A stretch of DNA of 64,000 bases, taken from IMG/VR virus record IMGVR_UViG_3300027969_003137, positions 23,519-87,518 of that record; one strand, 5' to 3'. Below are positions 27,428-37,293 of this stretch, one piece after another (within the stretch, counting starts at the first letter, position 1; every line of letters begins with the position of its first letter). The stretch comes from a virus. A program made the position numbers and the translations under genes. Below the pieces are notes generated by a model. That model had not been told where the DNA came from. It was given only the letters and a program-made list of their open reading frames with translations, and made no database searches.

Positions 27428-30115
27428 ATGTCAGAAATGCTGTCGTACATACAGACTAGAAAGTACATTGTCACTGTGTACAACCACGATGACCTTGGTG
27501 TCATCTATGAAGAATTAGAAACAGCAGGTAAGGCTCCGCCTGAAACAGAGATATTTCGTGATGTAGAATGCCTAGAACGCAGACCTATGAGCAGAAATAC
27601 TGTTTATAGGCTGACCGATTGGGAATCCAGTCAATTAAAAAATGATCCCAGAATAAAGGCAGTGAGCATACATCCAGACGAATTAGGTATCCAGGCCGGT
27701 ACTAACACAACCACGCAGACCAGTTCTGCTTGGGACAAATCAAGCGGTACTTCTTCCACAATGAAAAACTGGGCTTTGTTGAGATGCACCGAAGGCCAAC
27801 AACGTGCAGGGTGGGGCGGAACTGGCTATCAAGGCAACGGATCGGGCACTGCGGCGCAAACTGGCACCATCGAATTAACTCAGACCGGGCGTAATGTTGA
27901 TGTTGTGATCTGCGACACTGGACTGCCAACACAGGCACATCCAGAATTTGCAGTTAATGCGGACGGTACGGGAGGATCAAGAGTTGTTAACTACAATTGG
28001 TTTCAACACAATCCAGAAGTCACTGGCGGTGCGGTGGGCACCTACAATCTAGGACTAATTGATCCGCACGGCATGCATGTGGCAGGCACCGTGGCAGGCA
28101 ACACACAAGGATGGGCACGTGACTCCACAATCTATAGTTTATACTATGATACTGGCAACACCGGTAATTTTAGTTTGGTATTTGATTATGTACGAGCTTT
28201 TCATAGAAACAAAACAGTTAATGTTGCAACTGGTAGAAAGAATCCCACAATTGTAAACAACAGTTGGGGTATGAGTGTGTTTCCTAGTGAATGGTCGTTA
28301 ACTGATATTACTGCGGTGACTTACAGAGGAACTAGATATACTCCAGGCGGTGCTACTACTTTCCTTGGAACTAGCGGTGTATGCACCAGTTCGACTAGGT
28401 TGGCAAATTTATTAGGATTAGAAAATTTTGGTAATAGAATAACCACTGCAGGACCAGTTGGTGCCACAGGTGGCACTATCAGTACAAAACCCGCTGCATG
28501 GACTCTAGAATCAAATCAGTCGGCGTATCTTTTAGGAACATCGCCACCAGACGCAACTTATGTAATAACATTAACTACCACAGGTAATAACACCACAATA
28601 AGAGTTAAAAATGATGTTGCCTCGGGTGGCCAAACTGGTCAGACCAGCTTGTCCATGGGCATACAGATAGTTAGACAAAGTGATAACTCTGTGATAACAT
28701 CATTTAGTCAAGGACCGTTTACATCAATCGAAGGCGGTGAGGTCAGTGCTGTCATCGATGAAAATGTAATACTGCCAACTACTGGCACGTATACTATTAC
28801 CTATACAACAGCATTAGACGTTAGTCAAGCTAATAATTCATTAACAGCATTTGCCATGCTGTGTACAATCACACAAACACCAAGTGGCAGCGAAACTGCT
28901 ACAGTTAGCAGTATTACACCCAGCTTGCTAGGAGCAGCAAGTCTAACAGCATCAACCTCTCCCACAGTGGGAAACAACGACGACGGCTATTGGACATTGG
29001 CATTACCTTTTAACATTACCTATCTAGGAACTACATACAGTACACTATATCCTAGTACAAACTTTTATCTAACATTTGGCAATGGTTCAACGGTATGGAG
29101 TGGGGTTAGCATTACCAATCCTGCACTACCTAAGATAATGTGGTGCGCACAAGACAATTCAGTACAAAGAATTTACTACGGCACCGAAGGTGTTGCACCA
29201 AATAGAACATTTAGAGTAAGACAAGAAGGAACATCAACTACCGGCGGAACTGTAGGCAGTCCCTCAATGGTATGCGAGTGGACATTCTACGAAAATGCTC
29301 CTAGTCGAATAGATCTACAAGTTGGGGTTAACAGCGCCAAAACAACTGGCGGTGGTTTTACTACTCAACAACTTAACGATTGGGGATTTATCAGTGGACA
29401 ACGTATTCCTTTAAGGGTTCCTGCCTGCGATGATGATATCGAAGATCTCTACGACGAAGGCATTGTTATGGTAGGCGCTGCAGGGAACGGTCGATGGAAA
29501 CATGATGTACCAGGCGGAGTTGATTGGAACAACACATTTGAAATGGCTGTTAGATATCCTGCTAGCGTTTTGCAACCCTACTATACTCATCGAGGAACAA
29601 GCCCTACCGCCAATGACACATTAGCCTACGGTACACACGACCTACCAGCAATATGCGTGGGCTCAGTTGACACTATTCAAATTGATCAAAAGGTATTATA
29701 TAGTGACTGCGGTGCAGGAGTTGATCTATTTGCCCCAGGTACATATATTGTCAGCGCATTGCCTAGTGGTACTGCTGATCCCAGAAATGCCAGCTATTTT
29801 ATTGGCAAGTATAGTGGAACCAGTATGGCAAGCCCGCAGGTATGCGGTGTATTAGCCTGTGCGTTAGAAGTGTATCCGGATATGAATCAAGAGCGGGCCA
29901 AAGCCTATATAACAGCTATTGCCAAGGCAGGACAAATTACAGCAACATCAGGCGGCCCTACAGACGGGCAAGATTTACAAGGTACGCCTAATTTATATTT
30001 GTTTTACAAAAAAGAACGGGAAACTAGTGGCAACGTATTTCCAAAAATCAATTATAAACCAAGACCCACAACAGGATCCGTTTATCCTAGACCTAGAATT
30101 AAAAGAACATTATAA
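27428..30115 (+). CDS. Subtilisin-like S8 serine protease with a large insertion
   Basis: Catalytic triad in DVVICDTG, HGMHVAGTVAG and GTSMASPQVCG; oxyanion AAGN; VDLFAPG. Confidence 0.92.
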   Translation: MSEMLSYIQTRKYIVTVYNHDDLGVIYEELETAGKAPPETEIFRDVECLERRPMSRNTVYRLTDWESSQLKNDPRIKAVSIHPDELGIQAGTNTTTQTSSAWDKSSGTSSTMKNWALLRCTEGQQRAGWGGTGYQGNGSGTAAQTGTIELTQTGRNVDVVICDTGLPTQAHPEFAVNADGTGGSRVVNYNWFQHNPEVTGGAVGTYNLGLIDPHGMHVAGTVAGNTQGWARDSTIYSLYYDTGNTGNFSLVFDYVRAFHRNKTVNVATGRKNPTIVNNSWGMSVFPSEWSLTDITAVTYRGTRYTPGGATTFLGTSGVCTSSTRLANLLGLENFGNRITTAGPVGATGGTISTKPAAWTLESNQSAYLLGTSPPDATYVITLTTTGNNTTIRVKNDVASGGQTGQTSLSMGIQIVRQSDNSVITSFSQGPFTSIEGGEVSAVIDENVILPTTGTYTITYTTALDVSQANNSLTAFAMLCTITQTPSGSETATVSSITPSLLGAASLTASTSPTVGNNDDGYWTLALPFNITYLGTTYSTLYPSTNFYLTFGNGSTVWSGVSITNPALPKIMWCAQDNSVQRIYYGTEGVAPNRTFRVRQEGTSTTGGTVGSPSMVCEWTFYENAPSRIDLQVGVNSAKTTGGGFTTQQLNDWGFISGQRIPLRVPACDDDIEDLYDEGIVMVGAAGNGRWKHDVPGGVDWNNTFEMAVRYPASVLQPYYTHRGTSPTANDTLAYGTHDLPAICVGSVDTIQIDQKVLYSDCGAGVDLFAPGTYIVSALPSGTADPRNASYFIGKYSGTSMASPQVCGVLACALEVYPDMNQERAKAYITAIAKAGQITATSGGPTDGQDLQGTPNLYLFYKKERETSGNVFPKINYKPRPTTGSVYPRPRIKRTL

Positions 30116-30143
30116 CGGGTAAATATACTAAAGAGAGCGGAAT

Positions 30144-30686
30144 ATGACAATACAACCAATCAATATCGGCAATGCAGTCAACGACGGACTAGGTGATGAT
30201 CTTAGATCAGCCTTTCAAAAGGTAAATGCCAACTTTGCAGATCTAGCTGCCAGCATTACTGTGACCGCTAGTAATTTAGGCGGTGGTAGCGGAGTATTTA
30301 AAAATAAGGTCGGAGTTGATCTACAGTTTAAATCTCTAGTCGCTGGTACTAAAATGTTCATCAATGAACTAACCAACACTATTGTAATTAACAATCAACA
30401 GCCCGACGGCTTTGCTAGAATTGACACAGACCTTGGCATTGTTGAAGCTAGCAGTCATCTTAATATAACCCTTGAAGGTGGAGACAATGTCAACGTTTCT
30501 GCTGTTGGTTCTGTGATTACAGTAGACACCAATTTAGATCTAAATCAAATTATTGCAGGCTTTGACTTTGGAGTGTTGGGCAACAATTTTCAATTCTCCC
30601 CTCAGCTGGCCCTAGCAGCAGCTAATGTAGATTTTGGTACGATTACTAATCCAGGGACCATTAATTTAGACCTTGGTGCATTTTAA
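30144..30686 (+). CDS. Virion structural protein with gp9/gp10-like N-terminus
   Basis: INIGNAVNDGLGDDLRSAFQKVNANF; TAAATA box upstream. Confidence 0.75.
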   Translation: MTIQPINIGNAVNDGLGDDLRSAFQKVNANFADLAASITVTASNLGGGSGVFKNKVGVDLQFKSLVAGTKMFINELTNTIVINNQQPDGFARIDTDLGIVEASSHLNITLEGGDNVNVSAVGSVITVDTNLDLNQIIAGFDFGVLGNNFQFSPQLALAAANVDFGTITNPGTINLDLGAF

Positions 30687-30698
30687 GGATATAGATTT

Positions 30699-33164
30699 GT
30701 GGCTATAACTTGGATCACTCCTGCAGGTAGCTTGGGAATACTAGTAGAAAGAAATACTTTAGAAATTCCCGTTCTTGCAACTTCAAACTCTGGATCTATT
30801 ACCTACAGCGTAATAGCCGGACGTCTACCACGAGGACTGAGATTATCTAACAATGTGATTAACGGCAGTCCTGTAGAAGTGAGACGATTTACAGAATATC
30901 GATTTGTCATACGTGCCAACGACGGAATAGATTTAGAAGATCGTACTTTTGGCCTGTCGGTTGACGGTAGCGATTTGCCCTATTGGTTGACTCAAGAGGG
31001 ATTTTTAAAAGTAGGAGAAAATAATGCTTACTTTGTGTTGGACAATGCCTATGTAGAATTTCAACTGGAAGCCGATGACACTGACATCAATGCCGGAGAC
31101 TCACTGGAATACTACCTAGTACCAGTTGGGGGGGAACTACCGCCGGGATTGTCATTAAGCAAAACCGGCGTAATATCTGGATTTACTGACCCAGTATTTG
31201 CTGTTGACTATTCAGAAACTCAAACCGGATCATACGATACTGCGGCCTTTGACATCCTGCCATTGGACAAGCCTGAAGCAAGATCCAACGGCTTTGACAG
31301 CTTTCTCTATGATAATGTGACCTTTGACTACAACGAACCCAGTCGTGCTCCAAGACGCCTAAGTAGATTTTATACGTTTATTGTTGCTGTTAGTGATGGC
31401 GTTAATGAGGTGCGCAGAGTATTTAGAATATATGTGGTCACCGAAGAATTCCTACAAGCTGACAACACCATAGTTCAAGTTGATACCAATCTGTTCCAGG
31501 CAGATGCCACAGGTGATCGTGTTCCGCTGTGGATTACAGAAAGCAATTTGGGTAGATTTAGAGCAGACAACTATGTCACTATATATCTAGATGTTTACGA
31601 TCCAGTTTCATTGTCGGGCACGATCACTTACTTTCTGTTAGCCACTAACCCCGACGGGTCACCTAGTGTTATTCCTCCAGGATTAATTCTAGATACTATA
31701 ACTGGAGAACTGGCTGGCAGGGTTCCTTATCAGGCCGCTATAACTAAGACCTATCAGTTTACCATGCAGGCTGTGAATTTTCCTACATCACTGGCCGATA
31801 TTAATTATACGTTGGTAGGTGATTGGAGTTCCACTAGAATTTATTTTGAAAACCAAGCTGTTAGATACTTAGGCTTTGTCTATATCTGTTTACAGGAACA
31901 CAGAAACGTGGTTCCAGTAGACGGACCTTATTGGAATTTAGGGGTTGCAACCTCTGAAAAAACATTTACTGTAGATATTATTGGAGAAATAGAAAGTGCT
32001 ATTCAATGGATTAGTTCTAATGATCTAGGTTCTATAAAACCTAATCAACCAAGCACAATAAATGTGCAGGCAGAAAGCCTGCTATACGGAAACAAAGTGA
32101 TATACGAATTACAATCAGGTCTGCTACCTCCGGGGTTGAGTTTGCTTTCTACAGGTATCATTCAAGGCAAGGTAAAACAATTTGCCGATAGTCAAGGTCC
32201 AGGACTAACTAGATTCTTTGACAGAGATTCATCTCTGGTAGACTCAACTGGTACTATAACATTTAATACCACGTTTGATAACAATACTACTAGTTTTGGT
32301 AAACAATTTACATTTAAAATAAAAGCCAGAGATACTGCGAAATTTGCAGAAACTATCAAAGAATTTTTTATTAATGTTATTTCAAGTACAGAAAAAACCT
32401 TTGCAAATTTATATCTAAAAGCATTCCAGACCAAAGACAAAAGATTAAATTGGTATAATTTCATTACCGATTCTAACATTTTTAGAGCAACTGATATCTA
32501 TAGATACGGCGATTCGAACTTTGGAATTCAAACTGAATTAAGAGTGTTGGTATTTGCCGGTATCGAAAGTGTTGGTGCAGTAAGCTATGTTCAGGCCATG
32601 AGTCAGAACCACTATAGAAAGAATTTAAAATTTGGAAATGTTAAATACGCAGTGGCTAAGGATCTGCTAACTCAAGACCCTTTATATGAAGTAATATATG
32701 TAGATGTTGTTGACGAATTTGAAAAAAACGGTAATAGTATCAGTGGTACTGTAAATTTATCTAATAACATTAACAGCAAGATTTTGGTTAGTTATGATGC
32801 TATTAAAGTAGACAGCAATATTCCATTTGCCAGTGATAGTGACCACCAGCGCATATTTCCTAACAGTATCAAGAACATGCGTAGAAGAATTCGAGGAGTA
32901 GGCGAAAGAGATCGAGAATTTTTGCCTTTGTGGATGCGTAGTATCCAAACAGATAGCTTTGTAGAAACAGGTTATGTGAAAGCCTTGATACTGTGCTATC
33001 TACAACCAGGGCAGTCCGAAAGAGTGATTTCTAGAATAAAATCCAGTGGATTTGACTTTAAATCAATCGATTTTACTGCCGATCGATATGTGATAGATAT
33101 TTTAGACGGAGAAATAGAGGATAAATACCTTGCATTCCCGCAACGTGGAGAAAAATTACCGTGA
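30699..33164 (+). CDS. Ig-repeat baseplate/structural protein
   Basis: Repeated W.TPAGSLG and G.LPPGL.L...G.I.G units typical of He_PIG-like Ig domains. Confidence 0.75.
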   Translation: MAITWITPAGSLGILVERNTLEIPVLATSNSGSITYSVIAGRLPRGLRLSNNVINGSPVEVRRFTEYRFVIRANDGIDLEDRTFGLSVDGSDLPYWLTQEGFLKVGENNAYFVLDNAYVEFQLEADDTDINAGDSLEYYLVPVGGELPPGLSLSKTGVISGFTDPVFAVDYSETQTGSYDTAAFDILPLDKPEARSNGFDSFLYDNVTFDYNEPSRAPRRLSRFYTFIVAVSDGVNEVRRVFRIYVVTEEFLQADNTIVQVDTNLFQADATGDRVPLWITESNLGRFRADNYVTIYLDVYDPVSLSGTITYFLLATNPDGSPSVIPPGLILDTITGELAGRVPYQAAITKTYQFTMQAVNFPTSLADINYTLVGDWSSTRIYFENQAVRYLGFVYICLQEHRNVVPVDGPYWNLGVATSEKTFTVDIIGEIESAIQWISSNDLGSIKPNQPSTINVQAESLLYGNKVIYELQSGLLPPGLSLLSTGIIQGKVKQFADSQGPGLTRFFDRDSSLVDSTGTITFNTTFDNNTTSFGKQFTFKIKARDTAKFAETIKEFFINVISSTEKTFANLYLKAFQTKDKRLNWYNFITDSNIFRATDIYRYGDSNFGIQTELRVLVFAGIESVGAVSYVQAMSQNHYRKNLKFGNVKYAVAKDLLTQDPLYEVIYVDVVDEFEKNGNSISGTVNLSNNINSKILVSYDAIKVDSNIPFASDSDHQRIFPNSIKNMRRRIRGVGERDREFLPLWMRSIQTDSFVETGYVKALILCYLQPGQSERVISRIKSSGFDFKSIDFTADRYVIDILDGEIEDKYLAFPQRGEKLP

Positions 33165-33745
33165 CGAGCAATATTAACTATTTGGGCATAAATGAAAACT
33201 TTCCTGTAGCAGGAGAGGACAACGACACGCAGGTGTTTAGAGATAACTTTGATACTATCAAAACCAGTCTTAACACAGCTAAAACTGAGATTACTGATCT
33301 ACAGACCAATGTAGCAAGAACTGACACTGATACCGATTTCAATCGAAAATTGATTAGCAATGCAGTTATGTTAAACAATTACAATAAGAAGTTTGATGGT
33401 GGTGTAATTACTGCGCCGTTGACTGTGGATTATGAAAATGGCAACTATCAAATTTTTAGATTTGGTGTTAGTACTACAGTAGAATTTTTAAATTTCCCAA
33501 ACGACGAATCTAGCCCATCTGGGCTTGGCAAGGTCACATTAGAATTGTACGGTGACGGAACTGCTAGAACATTGACTTTTAGTACCAGTGGCGGAACTGT
33601 TGTTAAAAAGAATGCTACATTTCCTAGTCCGTTTACATTAACATCAGCAGAAGCTGCTGCTGGCAGTGGTAATCCTGTTATTATTGAAGTTTGGAAACAC
33701 AAAACGGATAGAATCTTTTTACACTACCTGGGGCAATTCAGTTAA
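33161..33745 (+). CDS. Virion structural protein
   Basis: INENFPVAGEDNDTQVFRDNF..IK followed by a coiled coil. Confidence 0.65.
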   Translation: MTSNINYLGINENFPVAGEDNDTQVFRDNFDTIKTSLNTAKTEITDLQTNVARTDTDTDFNRKLISNAVMLNNYNKKFDGGVITAPLTVDYENGNYQIFRFGVSTTVEFLNFPNDESSPSGLGKVTLELYGDGTARTLTFSTSGGTVVKKNATFPSPFTLTSAEAAAGSGNPVIIEVWKHKTDRIFLHYLGQFS

Positions 33746-33747
33746 TA

Positions 33748-33984
33748 ATGCTACATCCATTATCTGTTGACCTTTCGGCGTTAAAAGACTCCGAGGTTGA
33801 AGAAAAATTACAAGAATTAACAAGAAAATATTTTGCTGCTCAGCGTTTAGGTAAACCTGAGCTCTTGACACAGATCTCAACTTTTGTTACAATATATAAA
33901 CAAGAGTTATCAAGAAGGTATTTAGAAAAAACTAATCCCGAACTTGATGGAGATTTGGATCAATTAATTAATGTTAACAAATAA
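33748..33984 (+). CDS. Hypothetical protein
   Basis: 78-aa ORF coupled to neighbours. Confidence 0.7.
   Translation: MLHPLSVDLSALKDSEVEEKLQELTRKYFAAQRLGKPELLTQISTFVTIYKQELSRRYLEKTNPELDGDLDQLINVNK
33865..33893 (+). promoter_or_regulatory. Sigma70 promoter for the DnaE-fragment operon
   Basis: TTGACA-17 nt-TACAAT with TGn extension. Confidence 0.75.
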
Positions 33985-34438
33985 TACCAATGAAAATTTA
34001 ATCGAAGGAGTACTTAGACACGGTCCGGATATCCTGGCTCATTGTCAAACTTCTGCCGATATTCAGCAGTATCTAGATAGAATAGCATTTGAACATCTAA
34101 GCTATCCAACACCCCCAACTGACATTGATCCTAAACATTGGTTTATACCGGAAGAGTACAGAACCATGGATATCTTAGATTGGTTATATCATCGATGTCC
34201 TACTCCTGAAATTCGTGAACGGGTAGTTGAGGAACTTAGGTTATTTGCCAAACACGACATGATTCCCATGTTAAAAACCATGAAATATGTTGTAGATACT
34301 CTTAGAGCTAATAATGTAGTTTGGGGAGTAGGGCGTGGATCTAGCGTGGCCAGTTATGTGCTTCACATTATTGGGGTTCACAAGATTGACAGCATTAAAT
34401 ACAATATACCAATAGAAGAATTCTTTAAGGAGATATAA
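33971..34438 (+). CDS. Stand-alone fragment of DNA polymerase III alpha (palm/NTPase N-terminal part)
   Basis: ERVVEEL...YVVD..R.N.V.WGVGRGSSVASYVLHIIGVHKID.IKY.I..E.F; ends before the PDIDxD catalytic motif. Confidence 0.85.
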   Translation: MLTNNTNENLIEGVLRHGPDILAHCQTSADIQQYLDRIAFEHLSYPTPPTDIDPKHWFIPEEYRTMDILDWLYHRCPTPEIRERVVEELRLFAKHDMIPMLKTMKYVVDTLRANNVVWGVGRGSSVASYVLHIIGVHKIDSIKYNIPIEEFFKEI

Positions 34439-34439
34439 C

Positions 34440-34676
34440 ATGGGTAGAGTCTACACAAGTATGCAAGGTAAACAAATCGATATGGAAAAACTACAACTTA
34501 GAAATGAGTTGTCGCCTGCCGTCGGAAACATGAAAGTAAATGCCAGAGGTGATGAGTTGGGTGCTGGTGGTAAAATTGTTCGTACACGAGAACAGATCTT
34601 ACAAGATTATTATAAAAATAATCCAAGAGCAATTGCCGATGAGGTTGTAGGTTCACGTGCAGGTGGAAAGAAATAA
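34440..34676 (+). CDS. Hypothetical protein
   Basis: AAGGAG SD; AVGNMKVNARGDELG.GG. Confidence 0.75.
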   Translation: MGRVYTSMQGKQIDMEKLQLRNELSPAVGNMKVNARGDELGAGGKIVRTREQILQDYYKNNPRAIADEVVGSRAGGKK

Positions 34677-34678
34677 TA

Positions 34679-35038
34679 ATGGCTACAAACTTTGATGTTA
34701 AACATGTTAAGATACGAGCCCTTCATGATTGGGTTATTGTTTCAGACATGGACTTTGGCGAAATTACTACCGCGGCTGGATTAGTTATTCGAAGTGATAA
34801 TGGTAAAACACATGGCATTAAACCTCGGTGGGGTAAGGTTTACTGTATAGGGCCTGAACAAAAAGATGTCAAAGTAGGTGATTGGATTTTAATTGAACAT
34901 GGTCGATGGACTAGAGCCATGCACATTAACGACGGCGAACAAGAAGTCAAAATTCATCGAGTTGATGCTAACTGTATCATAGGCATATCTGATACACCGC
35001 CTACATCGGAAGAATGGTACGTTGCCGATTCAATGTAA
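34679..35038 (+). CDS. groES: Co-chaperonin GroES-like protein
   Basis: IRALHDWVIV, TAAGLVI, GKVYCIGP, VKVGDWIL. Confidence 0.85.
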   Translation: MATNFDVKHVKIRALHDWVIVSDMDFGEITTAAGLVIRSDNGKTHGIKPRWGKVYCIGPEQKDVKVGDWILIEHGRWTRAMHINDGEQEVKIHRVDANCIIGISDTPPTSEEWYVADSM

Positions 35039-35041
35039 TAT

Positions 35042-35281
35042 ATGCACATGAAGAAAAAGTCATGGAGCGTGGAGGAAATTGCCACGCAAATCCATGCCAT
35101 TGCTAGGGAATGTTCTAGTCCCTACAATGAAGGGTTCACTGCATTTGAACTCAAAAAAGATCTCTATCAAATTAAAGAAATCTTAGAAACAGCCATTAAA
35201 CAAAGTCCCACCTTTTATGGCGAACAAGAGTGGTTGACAGAACAAGAAAAAAAGCGTATTATTAAGATATTAAAGTCTTAA
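35042..35281 (+). CDS. Hypothetical protein
   Basis: 79-aa ORF in operon context. Confidence 0.7.
   Translation: MHMKKKSWSVEEIATQIHAIARECSSPYNEGFTAFELKKDLYQIKEILETAIKQSPTFYGEQEWLTEQEKKRIIKILKS
35234..35262 (+). promoter_or_regulatory. Sigma70 promoter
   Basis: TTGACA-17 nt-TATTAT upstream of the NTP-PPase and clamp loader genes. Confidence 0.65.
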
Positions 35282-35290
35282 GGAGATACT

Positions 35291-35671
35291 GTGACTAATC
35301 CATTTCGTGATCAAGAAAAGTTCATGCGGGCCTGCGACCAAAGTGTTGGCAAATTTGACGAACTACAATTTGCATTGTATACTAATCTTATTACTGAAGA
35401 GCATCAAGAATTTCTAGAGGCCACACTAGCAGAAGATCCGATAGAACAATTAGATGCACTTATTGACATACTAGTAGTCACCATTGGTGCTATTCACAGC
35501 ATGGGTGCAGATGCAGAAGGTGCATGGAAAGAAGTAATGATGACTAACTTTGCCAAGATTGATTCGGAGACCGGTAAGGTTCGCAAGCGTGAAGATGGCA
35601 AAGTACTAAAGCCAATCGGTTGGGAGTCACCTGCATTAGGACAGTTTGTATTTAAAAAGGCAAAAGAATGA
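35291..35671 (+). CDS. MazG/PRA-PH-like nucleoside triphosphate pyrophosphohydrolase
   Basis: LITEEHQEF...EQLDALIDILVV...EVMMTNFAK...REDGKVLKP. Confidence 0.85.
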   Translation: MTNPFRDQEKFMRACDQSVGKFDELQFALYTNLITEEHQEFLEATLAEDPIEQLDALIDILVVTIGAIHSMGADAEGAWKEVMMTNFAKIDSETGKVRKREDGKVLKPIGWESPALGQFVFKKAKE

Positions 35672-36582
35672 AAGAACTATGGGTAGAAAAATACCGTCCT
35701 AAAACTATTGACGGCTTTGTGTGGCGAGACGAGGCTCAACGTAAACAGGTAATGACCTGGATCAAAGATAAAAGTGTTCCACATCTATTGTTAAGTGGAC
35801 CACCCGGTATCGGAAAGACCACTATGGCCAAGATGCTGGTAAATGAAATTGGTATCGAAGATGCTGATGTCCTAGAAGTCAATGCTAGTAGAGAAACAGG
35901 TATTGATTTTATTAGAGACAAGATTGTTCCATTCATTTCTACTATTGCTTGGGGTCCGTTTAAAGTTGTACTACTAGATGAGGCAGATCGTCTTAGCCCT
36001 AATGCACAAGATTCTCTAAAGGGTATCATTGAGGAGTATAGTTCCTTTGCTAGGTTTATTTTAACCTGCAATAGTCCAAATAAAATTGTTCCTGCTTTGC
36101 ACAGTAGATGTCAGCAGTTTCATTTTAGCAAACTGGATATGACTGAGTATACTGCAAGAGCTGCTACCATACTGGTCGAAGAGTCTATTGAATTTGATTT
36201 AGAAACATTGGATTTGTATGTTAGTACTGCATATCCAGATTTAAGAAAGTGTATTAACCTGTTGCAACAGCATGTTAATGATGATAAACTTCATGTTCCT
36301 ACAAAAGAAGATGCAGGTACTATGGAGTGGAAGTTTGATATGGTTGCACTTTTCAAAGCTGGAAAAATTACAGAAGCACGTAAACTAATCTGTAGTAAAA
36401 TCCGTGTAGAAGAAGTAGAAGAAGTATTTCGTTGGTTGTACGACAATCTTGATGTGTTTGGTGATGATCAAAAACAAGACTCGGCTATTATCATTATCAA
36501 GCAAGGATTAGCTGATCATACATTGGTAGCTGACCCAGAAATCAATCTTGCAGCCACATTGGTCAAGCTGGCACGTCTCTAA
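35668..36582 (+). CDS. Clamp loader AAA+ subunit (gp44/RFC-like)
   Basis: LWVEKYRP, GPPGIGKT, NAS, LLDEAD, SRC, DLRK.IN. Confidence 0.93.
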   Translation: MKELWVEKYRPKTIDGFVWRDEAQRKQVMTWIKDKSVPHLLLSGPPGIGKTTMAKMLVNEIGIEDADVLEVNASRETGIDFIRDKIVPFISTIAWGPFKVVLLDEADRLSPNAQDSLKGIIEEYSSFARFILTCNSPNKIVPALHSRCQQFHFSKLDMTEYTARAATILVEESIEFDLETLDLYVSTAYPDLRKCINLLQQHVNDDKLHVPTKEDAGTMEWKFDMVALFKAGKITEARKLICSKIRVEEVEEVFRWLYDNLDVFGDDQKQDSAIIIIKQGLADHTLVADPEINLAATLVKLARL

Positions 36583-37055
36583 TGTCAGATGATAAGTCTA
36601 ACTCTGCCAAGGGCCGTACCAGCTACGACTCTACATCAACAGGTTCTCTGATACCATTCTTTAATAGGAATGTGTCAGAGTATCCCACAGAAGCTGGTGG
36701 TGTTAAATTTGATCTAGTGCCTGTCACCAAACAAAAAGATATCATGATTAATCATGCTAGGATTTATGCCCAGCAAGAGTATGATCGAATTATGGAACTG
36801 GTTGCTGTGTTAGAGAATCAAGCTCAGGCAATTAAGCGACGACTGGATATTACTGATGCCGTACATGGAGCCGTTTATCAATTTCAACCTGTAATGGGCA
36901 ACATCTATTGGCTGGCATGGGATAAACGGAAACAGCATACCTTATTAACACAAAACGGACCGAACAATTGGTCTAGTAGTTCACCGGAAGATTACGAATA
37001 CAAGGCGCAGGTAAAGTATATGGGCGACCATACCTGGATGGAAATAAATGAATAA
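36582..37055 (+). CDS. DUF2452-like protein
   Basis: YPTEAGGVKF, AVYQFQPVMGNIYWL, GDHTW. Confidence 0.6.
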   Translation: MSDDKSNSAKGRTSYDSTSTGSLIPFFNRNVSEYPTEAGGVKFDLVPVTKQKDIMINHARIYAQQEYDRIMELVAVLENQAQAIKRRLDITDAVHGAVYQFQPVMGNIYWLAWDKRKQHTLLTQNGPNNWSSSSPEDYEYKAQVKYMGDHTWMEINE

Positions 37056-37293
37056 CAGATATATGATTGTGACCTATGTACAAAAGTCTGATGGTAAATG
37101 GGACGAGCTCACTGAATTTAAAAATAGTATTAGACCAAAACATCTGCAGAATGCCAAGGTCATTCTTGATTTTAGATATAAAAAAGTCGTCAAAAACACC
37201 CTCAATAAAGAAGCTGGATTTGACGACATGTTGGAATTTTACAAGAGGCTGTTAGGAGATCAACTAACACCCTATCTGCCTCCTGAGCTTTAA
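37048..37293 (+). CDS. Hypothetical protein
   Basis: 81-aa ORF coupled to the upstream gene. Confidence 0.7.
   Translation: MNNRYMIVTYVQKSDGKWDELTEFKNSIRPKHLQNAKVILDFRYKKVVKNTLNKEAGFDDMLEFYKRLLGDQLTPYLPPEL

Noticed and set aside
17591-33745. Many 60-170 aa antisense ORFs within the structural genes
   Set aside because: They are shadows of biased codon usage, with no SD, promoter or recognisable motif.
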